Of a stretch of DNA of 51,699 bases, positions 7,336 to 14,600 are shown piece after piece; position 1 is the stretch's first letter, and every line of letters starts with the position of its first letter. This DNA comes from Candidatus Parcubacteria bacterium (GTDB lineage Bacteria; Patescibacteriota; Patescibacteriia; Patescibacteriales; BM507). The notes under the pieces were generated by a model. That model saw nothing but the letters and a program-made list of their open reading frames with translations, was not told the origin of the DNA and did not search any database. The stretch lies in contig PKTH01000030.1 of NCBI GenBank assembly GCA_002869265.1, positions 1 through 51,699 of the forward strand, given 5' to 3'. The position numbers and the translations under genes were made by a program.

Positions 7336-8427
7336 TTATTGTTGTTTGTTTTCTAAGTCCTCTGTCTCATCCATCTCTTCCTCTACTGCTTTCATAGACT
7401 TTAATTTCCTGTAGATATATCTGGCAAAAATAAATACCAGGAATGCTATTATTAATAATATTAGCACAGCTGCCCCTATTATTAAATAGTCAAAGTCAAC
7501 CACTTTAGCTGTGTTAGGCTTTTCTGGGATATATTCAACACTCCTCTCGTTTCCAGCCCTATCAACTGCCTTAACTCGAATAATGCTCCTTAGACTTTGA
7601 TCTTTTAGAAGCTGTGGTGTTTTGGCTATCTCCCACTCTGCTTCAGGTGACTCTTTGAAAAATTCAATTAATTTCTCTGTTAAAGTTTTCTCAACATTTT
7701 GCTTTGCGCTTTCTAATATTTCGTAATGGTCTATACCACTCTGTTTATCTATACTTGAAAAAATTGCAAAATATTGTCCTTGAAAAATATTATCGCTTTG
7801 GTGTAATTCAATCACAAAGGGTTCTGGTTTTATGCTGTCGCTTTTTATATAAGCATCATAATCGCCCGCTTCGGTGCCTGAATTTTTATTCAATTTAATG
7901 CTAAGATTTTTTGTTTTAAGCCTATCTTCTGTTCCTAGGCCGTCATTGACATACACCTTGGCATCTTCAAGTTTGATGTTAAGAGTTTCTGGAATAGCCT
8001 CTCCAACGTAAAAACCTGGTATTCTAAAAAGAAGTCGTCCCACTAGATTGCTTTCTCCCGGGTCTCCTGGAATCTTTCCGCAATAACCGCCTGGGATTCC
8101 TCCAGCAATATAGATTTCCCCAATTCCACTTGAATCTAGAATCTCGGCCTCGGATGGTTGCTCCACCCAAACGTTTATCAAAGACTCCCCGCTGACAAAA
8201 TCTTCTAAATAAAGAAGGTTAGGAGGAAAGGTAATTTTTGTTTCTACGGTGTTCACACAAACATCGTCTATGTCGAGTGAAATATTTACAGTAAAAGAGT
8301 CCCCTAGCCCATATTCTTGCTTAGCTGAATCTAGACTCAGGCTGGCGGCTTGAGCATTTAGAGGTATTAAAGTTATAAATAATAATCCTAGTAAATATTT
8401 TTTCATAAAATTATTTGAAATTTTCAT
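7336..8427 (-). CDS. Membrane-anchored cohesin-like protein
   Basis: 363 aa. Order: signal peptide, cohesin-like domain (ASLSLDSAKQEYGLGDSFTVNISL...IYIAGGIPGGYCG...LLFRIPG), a second beta domain, C-terminal TM helix (IIGAAVLILLIIAFLVFIF), and a short acidic tail. An alternative start lies at Met8 (8406). Confidence 0.55.
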   Translation of the reverse strand: MKISNNFMKKYLLGLLFITLIPLNAQAASLSLDSAKQEYGLGDSFTVNISLDIDDVCVNTVETKITFPPNLLYLEDFVSGESLINVWVEQPSEAEILDSSGIGEIYIAGGIPGGYCGKIPGDPGESNLVGRLLFRIPGFYVGEAIPETLNIKLEDAKVYVNDGLGTEDRLKTKNLSIKLNKNSGTEAGDYDAYIKSDSIKPEPFVIELHQSDNIFQGQYFAIFSSIDKQSGIDHYEILESAKQNVEKTLTEKLIEFFKESPEAEWEIAKTPQLLKDQSLRSIIRVKAVDRAGNERSVEYIPEKPNTAKVVDFDYLIIGAAVLILLIIAFLVFIFARYIYRKLKSMKAVEEEMDETEDLENKQQ

Positions 8428-8434
8428 AAATATA

Positions 8435-9685
8435 TCAACCTGTCCAATAATACATCATTACAGAAAAATCGATCAAATCAACTTCACCATTTTGGTTCTG
8501 ATCGGCACATTCATTGTCAGTTCCCCAATGATAAAGAAGAATTGAAAAGTCTGTTATATTAACCCTGCCATCGGCATTTAAATCAGCCTCATCACAAACC
8601 GCTGTTCCACCAACTGTTCCCACAAAGAAGCTGATAGACTTCGAAAAGCCACTTTGTAAGTCAGTGTCTTCCGAAGCAATAGTGAACATGGCCTTGGCTG
8701 TATGAAATTCCTCTTCTAGGGGTTCCGTGTTGAAAACAAACTCCCAGGCGCCATCTTCAGTACTTTCAACGCTATTTATAAACTCTTGGGGAGAATTAAT
8801 GTGTACGTTTACTCCTGACTCTGGAATAGTATTACCAAACACCATTATATCATCTCCTCTTTTCACAGTTTTTTTATCTATATCAATGGTCGGTGAAATA
8901 TAAACCCCGCTAATATTTGTGACTGCTCCTGAGGTAACCCTAAAAGTCAGAGAAAGCAAGGTAGATTTTAGGCCAACAGGGTCTTCAGACCAAAAACCAA
9001 ATCCCGAAACGCCCGGAGCAAGCTCGTCAGTTTCAAAATAAAAGTCTGCCAGTGAATCTGTTCGAGCTATACCAATAACTTTACCATCTAGAAGTATGTG
9101 CACATCTGAATTCGGGTATGACTTTCCTCTTACTATCACCTTGGTCTCTCCTGGGGGAACATCTGAGCCTGGATTAAAACCGGTTGCATTGCCAGAATTC
9201 CCTCCAGTCGAACCACCGCCTCCGCCACCACCAAAAATAACGTCCTCACTCTCACAATTATCTAAACTAATACGACAGTCTCCTGTACAACTAAGGGAGC
9301 CTCCCGTAAAACCAAATGTTATGCAGGTGGAAGAGCCAAAATCACTAGCATCGCACTCTTCGGCATCTTCTTTTGTCAAATTTCCGCAAGTATAACAACT
9401 TCCTGTATCATAGTCAGTACAATCAGAGAGACAACCAAGATCTCCTGAGTTGTATCCATAGTCGAGACAAGTTAGTCCATTTAAGTCAGGAGGCATAATT
9501 GGTGGTTCTCCGGGATCACAAACCTCAAGACCCTGAATAAAACCATCACCGCAAACCAAAAGTAGCGTGACAGAAGTAATTAGGCTTTCCTGAGTAGCTG
9601 CACTAACCCTAAACGGGGAAAGAGACAACGAAAAAAGTAGTAAATAAAATATTGTATAGCGAATTTTTTCTTTTATACTTTGCAT
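8435..9685 (-). CDS. Secreted dockerin-terminated protein with Cys-rich head
   Basis: 416 aa with a signal peptide. Cys-rich repeats of the CGDG-x(n)-E-x-CD type are followed by a poly-Gly linker (GGGGGGGSTGG) and two Ig-like domains. The C-terminal dockerin has two Ca-binding-loop-like repeats (DLNADGRVNITDFSILLYHW / DQNQNGEVDLIDFSVMMYYW). Confidence 0.75.
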   Translation of the reverse strand: MQSIKEKIRYTIFYLLLFSLSLSPFRVSAATQESLITSVTLLLVCGDGFIQGLEVCDPGEPPIMPPDLNGLTCLDYGYNSGDLGCLSDCTDYDTGSCYTCGNLTKEDAEECDASDFGSSTCITFGFTGGSLSCTGDCRISLDNCESEDVIFGGGGGGGSTGGNSGNATGFNPGSDVPPGETKVIVRGKSYPNSDVHILLDGKVIGIARTDSLADFYFETDELAPGVSGFGFWSEDPVGLKSTLLSLTFRVTSGAVTNISGVYISPTIDIDKKTVKRGDDIMVFGNTIPESGVNVHINSPQEFINSVESTEDGAWEFVFNTEPLEEEFHTAKAMFTIASEDTDLQSGFSKSISFFVGTVGGTAVCDEADLNADGRVNITDFSILLYHWGTDNECADQNQNGEVDLIDFSVMMYYWTG

Positions 9686-9705
9686 GGGGGAAAATGGATT
9701 TATTT

Positions 9706-10770
9706 TTATTTTTCTCTATCGCTGTCTTGATACTTTGAAGCTTTTCTTGCCATCCATTTCCAAAATCTAACCTTAACATCTGAAAAAGAGGAACCAATGA
9801 GACTAAAAATAAATTTAAATGGGATCAAAATAACTGAAATTGCCCAAAATAGCGCTCGCCAAGATCTAAGTTTGATAAGTACAGCGAGGATTATCAGAAG
9901 AATAAACACGTACAAAGCTAAGAGAAGCCATGGCCAAATTCCAAAGTCGGGAGCTCTGTCTCCAAGCTCTCCCGGATTATATATAGTAAAGGTTCTGTCT
10001 TCTGCACGCAGAATGTCATTGTCTTTATATACTTTAATTTTTGCCCAATACTGCCCTGGCTCAAGATCAATCGGGAAGCTTGCTTCAACATCTCCTGTTG
10101 AAAATGGCGCAATCTTATCAAAGCTTTTATCGTCGACAGAGGCGAGGACGTTCTTTTTGGAAATATCTGTAACTTCTAAATTAACTCTAGTTGGTGCTAT
10201 TTCTGAGTTACCAAGGTTTTCAATTGTCATTACCGCTCTCAACCTATAAAAAAACCATGAGAAAATTTTCATATCCCATGGAAAACTAAGCTTTTCAAAA
10301 TCAACTAAATTGATTTTTTCAATTTTAAAATTAAATACCGTTTGATTGCTAACGGTTAGGTCTATTTCTACCCTTGCACCAAGAGCAATAGCCACTCCGC
10401 TTTGCTGATCTCCCTTTGGGGTGATTTTAATATTTATATTACCCTTATAATTATCTAGCTCAGCGTCCTTGGGGACATCTACCACTACTACCATTGGAAC
10501 CTGTAATTTGCCTTTTGGCAGGTCGAAGTTATTACCTTCTTTAATTGTAATCCAAGAAGAAATTTCAGGGGCGTTTATAACAATCGAGGCCTCTAAGTCC
10601 TCATCCGCAGCAGACCTGAGAAGGGTTATGGTTTGTTCGTAATGAATCCCTGGTGTTAATTTGTCTGATTTAACATAGGGAGGAGAAATTCCAAAGCCTG
10701 CCATCACAGGACTAGCCTGGAAGACGAATGTTGCTAACAAAATAATTGTTAAAACTTTCTTAAACATCAA
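9706..10770 (-). CDS. TM-anchored surface protein, DUF916/DUF3324-like (WxL-interacting-protein-like) architecture
   Basis: 354 aa. Signal peptide, two beta-sandwich-like domains (GFGISPPYVKSDKLTPGIHYEQTITLLRS...SSWITI...VPKDAELDNYKGNINI), then C-terminal TM segments. Same layout as 38859..39932, 39929..40912 and 40914..42020. Confidence 0.45.
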   Translation of the reverse strand: MMFKKVLTIILLATFVFQASPVMAGFGISPPYVKSDKLTPGIHYEQTITLLRSAADEDLEASIVINAPEISSWITIKEGNNFDLPKGKLQVPMVVVVDVPKDAELDNYKGNINIKITPKGDQQSGVAIALGARVEIDLTVSNQTVFNFKIEKINLVDFEKLSFPWDMKIFSWFFYRLRAVMTIENLGNSEIAPTRVNLEVTDISKKNVLASVDDKSFDKIAPFSTGDVEASFPIDLEPGQYWAKIKVYKDNDILRAEDRTFTIYNPGELGDRAPDFGIWPWLLLALYVFILLIILAVLIKLRSWRALFWAISVILIPFKFIFSLIGSSFSDVKVRFWKWMARKASKYQDSDREK

Positions 10771-10997
10771 ATAACAAAAATAACTAAATGTTTTTAGTTT
10801 TTTGTACTTATTTTTTATTAAAATTTTTACTAATAATTAGCATTTTTTTAGGGGTAGACATTTTCTACCCTTACATAAAATATACTATAATTTGAAAAAT
10901 AAATCAACTAAATATTCAACCCCCTCCCCTGGTATAAAAATTATCACAATTTTCTTATTGTTTATTAAAATTTCATTATAATTATTCATATAAAAAA

Positions 10998-11024
10998 AGA
11001 GACTCCTTAGGAGCCTCTTTTTTT
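10998..11024 (-). terminator. Terminator downstream of 11043..12809
   Basis: Stem AGAGACTCC (10998..11006) / GGAGCCTCT (11010..11018) with one internal mismatch. It is flanked by an A-run and a T-run, so it could act in both directions. Confidence 0.6.
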
Positions 11025-11042
11025 ATATGAACTTTTTATATT

Positions 11043-12809
11043 TTACCACTCACCAGCTACATTGTCATCTAAGGCTGCTGAGAAGGTGTTCAATCCGTAA
11101 TAATCACCCGATAAGATAATTGGTACTGCGATTCCCCAGTAAATCTCATCTTCAACATTCGTGACACTTGTTGGTCTTGGAATTACTGTATCTGCTAAAG
11201 TTTGTGAAGAAGAGGCTATGTTTGTACCTCCTCCATATGTAAAGTTTGATAACAAGAATTCCTGATTACTAGCTGGGATATATTCAGGCCCTACTAGCTC
11301 CCTAAGCATGTCGTCACCAATTAAATTAGTATCTAGAGGAGAATTTCCAGCGTTTACTACAGTGGTTGTAGCATTATCTGATCCTGAATCTGTATTGGCT
11401 ATCAATGATCCATAAGCAATTTCTGGTTCAGTTACCTCAATGGCTGAAGAGGTGTTCACATCAACACCTGGGGAAGTAGAAGCATAAGAAGCAGCTTCAT
11501 CGAAAGCCCTAATTGAGGCGAACCAAGCTGTGTCCCAAGCTCCATTAGCATCCGTTCCGTCGCCACTTGTAGGTTTTGCATAAAAAACTAAATCTGTAGT
11601 GCATTGAACAACAACATCAATATCATTACCACCGGTACAGCCTGAAACAGTACAAGAGCCGCTAGCTATCTGATAACAATCATTATCGTCGGCTGAACAA
11701 TCAGCTCCTCCAACTGCATCTTCCCAGAAAATAGTTCCAGTAGCTGAGTCTATATCTCCACAACCATTATTATCTGTTATTGTTGTTGAACTAGCATAAA
11801 CTGTTTTATCAGCTGCGCCTTTTATATTTAGAGTAATAGCGGTTCCATTGTTTAGGAGAACTGAAGAAACCGATGGAGTAGCATTGGCAGCTGTGTAAGT
11901 GCTTGTCTGAGAATTTCCGCTTGCAGCCATATCGTTATCATCCATCACAAAACCATAATATGAAATAGCTGTGTCATCTTGAAGAGGTATTGGACTGGTC
12001 CAAGTACAGCTCACATTTGCAGATGTTGAAGTAGCTGTACAAATCGTAGAATCGGCACACCCAGTAGAGGTGGCCCAAGAATTTGTAGTACAAACATCAA
12101 GGGTTAGAACATCGGCCCCACCGATAACATCTCCATCAGTAACGACTGCCTCTACTGTGAAGTCTTGACCTGGTTCATTTAAATCATCTGTTGTAGAAAT
12201 TGAGGAAAAAGAAGGTGCATGGTTTAGATGAAAGGGGGTTCCAGAGTCACCACTACCACTATTTGAAGTAGCGGCGCAAGCAGCTTCTGTTCCGTGGTTA
12301 TCACAGACATAGGCTACCCAAGCCCTGGTTTCTGGTGCCCAGGCTTGAACTGTATAAGAACAAGAAGCTGGGTTTGAGGCCGTAGTTGCTCCTGAAACAC
12401 AGAATTGAACATTGTCGCAACTTGGAGCGGCTCCTGCCACTCCTGGAGTAGCACCATCAGAATCACAAACTAATAAATAATAATCATTACCCTCAGCATC
12501 GTCTCCAGTCCCTGTAAACGTTAAAGAATCTCCAATATTCGTCGGAGTAGTTGAAGCAGAAGCAGGACTCTCTGCTGGGTTAACTGTGAAATAAGGGGCA
12601 GCATTTCTAACTGTAACTGTAGTGGTTGCTACATCAGTTACTTGAGCCTCAACTTCTGGAAGTTCAACGCTCAAGCCCAGTTTATTGCCTACCTTCTCAA
12701 TACTAATATCAAAATTAAAAACCAAGCCAGAAACAGAAAGGCTTAGCAGACAAAGTATTAAAAAGAATGGCAAAGAATTTTTAAATTTATTCTTGATTAT
12801 TTTAGCCAT
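11043..12809 (-). CDS. Secreted protein, standalone paralog of the C-terminal ~520 aa of the 4677-aa giant
   Basis: 588 aa with a signal peptide. From NAAPYFTVNPAESPASASTTPTNIGDSLTFTGTGDDAEGNDYYLLVCDSD onward it is collinear with the giant-1 segment SNSAPSFTANPSDNNSATSTPTNLGQDVTFTATALDAETDDYYLAICQTD. The collinearity continues to the C-terminal tails (IYWGIAVP...SGDYYGLNTF versus LYWGIGIP...ASIYNGQNDF). Confidence 0.7.
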   Translation of the reverse strand: MAKIIKNKFKNSLPFFLILCLLSLSVSGLVFNFDISIEKVGNKLGLSVELPEVEAQVTDVATTTVTVRNAAPYFTVNPAESPASASTTPTNIGDSLTFTGTGDDAEGNDYYLLVCDSDGATPGVAGAAPSCDNVQFCVSGATTASNPASCSYTVQAWAPETRAWVAYVCDNHGTEAACAATSNSGSGDSGTPFHLNHAPSFSSISTTDDLNEPGQDFTVEAVVTDGDVIGGADVLTLDVCTTNSWATSTGCADSTICTATSTSANVSCTWTSPIPLQDDTAISYYGFVMDDNDMAASGNSQTSTYTAANATPSVSSVLLNNGTAITLNIKGAADKTVYASSTTITDNNGCGDIDSATGTIFWEDAVGGADCSADDNDCYQIASGSCTVSGCTGGNDIDVVVQCTTDLVFYAKPTSGDGTDANGAWDTAWFASIRAFDEAASYASTSPGVDVNTSSAIEVTEPEIAYGSLIANTDSGSDNATTTVVNAGNSPLDTNLIGDDMLRELVGPEYIPASNQEFLLSNFTYGGGTNIASSSQTLADTVIPRPTSVTNVEDEIYWGIAVPIILSGDYYGLNTFSAALDDNVAGEW

Positions 12810-12880
12810 GGGGACTATTTAAATTTTTATATAGTTTTAATTAAAGTTTTATGGAAATACTTATCCACAATACTATCAAT

Positions 12881-12889
12881 ATTATAACA
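12881..12889 (-). promoter_or_regulatory. Extended -10 promoter (TGTTATAAT) of 11043..12809
   Basis: The rc of 12881..12889 is TGTTATAAT, ~70 nt upstream of the ATG at 12809. A perfect DnaA-box 9-mer (TTATCCACA, 12861..12869) lies just downstream of it. Confidence 0.45.
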
Positions 12890-12926
12890 TATTATTGCCA
12901 AAATATATATAAAATATTATAGTATT

Positions 12927-13397
12927 TTATTTGCTAATTTTAAAGCTTTTAATTAGTTCTGTAACGGAATCTAGCATTTTGAAATACATATCATTATCAA
13001 AAGAATCATTTTCTCCGTTGCGGAAAACAAATATAATCCCATCACTCTCGCCTATTATTATGTCTTCTGTGTTTTCTTGATATTCTTTCTCGGGGTAAAA
13101 AGATATACTAAAAAGCTCGCTTTCATTTAAAACACCTTCAAAATAATAAAAAGCTACTTTATTACCATTTTCCTTTACGCGATAATTGCCTTCCCAATAA
13201 TCAGGAATTGCTAAACTGGCTTTATGAGGACTACTGAGAAAAAAATTTATTCTAGAATACTTAACTATCTCTACTGCCTGTTCCCTCTCTTCGCTGAGAA
13301 TATTTTCTCCCTCAGGAGTTGAGTCTTTTTTAAAAAAATAAAAGGCAATAAGAACTAAAGAAATTATTATTAAAATTAAAAATGTTTTTTTGTTCAT
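12927..13397 (-). CDS. Small N-terminally anchored hypothetical protein
   Basis: 156 aa with one N-terminal TM/signal-anchor (FLILIIISLVLIAFYFF). No recognisable motif. Last gene of the ABC transporter operon. Confidence 0.5.
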   Translation of the reverse strand: MNKKTFLILIIISLVLIAFYFFKKDSTPEGENILSEEREQAVEIVKYSRINFFLSSPHKASLAIPDYWEGNYRVKENGNKVAFYYFEGVLNESELFSISFYPEKEYQENTEDIIIGESDGIIFVFRNGENDSFDNDMYFKMLDSVTELIKSFKISK

Positions 13398-13400
13398 ACT

Positions 13401-14138
13401 TTAACTATATCTAATAGCGTCTAGGGGGTTTAGACTTGAAGCGCGCTGAGACGGGAAAAGTCCGGTCAAAAAGCCCATCACCGCTGAAAAAGAAGCTATA
13501 AATAATAAAAATGGAATTGGGAATCTAAAAAGAGCAATCGATTCTCCTCCCATTTTGGAGGCAACTGAGTTTAGGAGGAAATTTACTGTCAAACCACCAC
13601 CAACACCAATGGCCATACCAACCACCCCTCCAAGAAAGCCCATGATAACTGACTCTGTTAAAAATAAAGTTTTGATAATTGAGGGTGAACCACCAATGGT
13701 TCTCATGATACCAATCTCCTTGGTTCTTTCGAGTAGGGTAACCGTCATGGTGTTAAACATACCAATCGCTGACACCATAAGAGCGATGCCACCAAAAATA
13801 GCCAAAGTTACTTGGATTCCTTGAAAAATTTTATTTGCCTGGTCAACGGTCTTTGAGAGAGCGGTTACTATAAAACCTTTATCTAGAATCTGGGCTTCAG
13901 CTGCATCTAAAAATTCGTTGCTGGTTATTTTTACTCTAGCTTTATCGTAATAAGGAATAGCAAAATTATCACTAAACTCAGTTAAAGGAATATAGGCAAA
14001 AAGAGATGCTTGGTCATCTATAACCCCAGCGATTGTATATTCTTTTTTTAGAGGGGCCTCAATAACATCTTCGGAATTTAGTTGAGGAATAAAAACCTTA
14101 AAACTCACCTTTTTGCCGAGAGCATCAACTGGTTCCAT
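13401..14138 (-). CDS. ABC transporter permease, C-terminal part (end of MacB-type periplasmic domain plus FtsX 3-TM domain)
   Basis: 245 aa with a typical FtsX-domain core (LLERTKEIGIMRTIGGSPSIIKTLFLTES) and three TM helices. Its ATG immediately follows the TAG stop of 14139..14597 in the same frame. Confidence 0.8.
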   Translation of the reverse strand: MEPVDALGKKVSFKVFIPQLNSEDVIEAPLKKEYTIAGVIDDQASLFAYIPLTEFSDNFAIPYYDKARVKITSNEFLDAAEAQILDKGFIVTALSKTVDQANKIFQGIQVTLAIFGGIALMVSAIGMFNTMTVTLLERTKEIGIMRTIGGSPSIIKTLFLTESVIMGFLGGVVGMAIGVGGGLTVNFLLNSVASKMGGESIALFRFPIPFLLFIASFSAVMGFLTGLFPSQRASSLNPLDAIRYS

Positions 14139-14597
14139 CTAAAATAGTTTTAACACAGCCGCCGATATTACTATACTATCGTCTTGTCCTTCTGTATATA
14201 ATTCTCCTTCAGCTGCAATAACACCTGCATAATTGAAATATGCTGGGTTTGCCCCCTGTAGCATCACAGAACCTGTCAGATCATCGACCGTTACCAAGGA
14301 GGTAAAACTAGCCATAGGCTCAACTGCCTCAACATTATCAAGATCATAAAATTCTTGAACCATCTCATCATCAATAATAACAACTTTAGATGGTGGTGTT
14401 CCTACATTTAAACTTAAAAGAGCTTCACCGAAAACGATTTTTTCGAGTAAAACGCCCTGTAAACCATATCCAAGACCAACCAAAACAACCACTGCCGCAA
14501 TACCAACGCCAATACCAAGGATTGTCAACCAGGTCCTTGCTGGCCTGGTCTTAAACATCCTAGTCGAAAGCTTTAATGAATCTTGAACTCTAATCAT
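14139..14597 (-). CDS. ABC transporter permease, N-terminal part (TM1 plus start of MacB-type periplasmic domain)
   Basis: 152 aa with a MacB/FtsX-family N-terminus (RPARTWLTILGIGVGIAAVVVLVGLG). It ends ...VISAAVLKLF-TAG, exactly where full-length homologs continue. The two parts together total 397 aa, a normal full length. Confidence 0.75.
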   Translation of the reverse strand: MIRVQDSLKLSTRMFKTRPARTWLTILGIGVGIAAVVVLVGLGYGLQGVLLEKIVFGEALLSLNVGTPPSKVVIIDDEMVQEFYDLDNVEAVEPMASFTSLVTVDDLTGSVMLQGANPAYFNYAGVIAAEGELYTEGQDDSIVISAAVLKLF

Positions 14598-14600
14598 ATA

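Noticed and set aside
9096-9395. Pro-rich plus-strand ORF (and the similar 36476..36910 ORF)
   Set aside because: They are antisense translations of the (GGN)n poly-Gly coding tracts and adjacent sequence of the dockerin proteins. This is a compositional artefact.
14139-14141. In-frame TAG in the permease as evidence for an alternative genetic code
   Set aside because: TAG terminates other well-defined genes (for example 5560..7314 and 38859..39932) at positions followed by terminators or start codons. TGA ends leuA and TAA ends argS, so the standard bacterial code fits.
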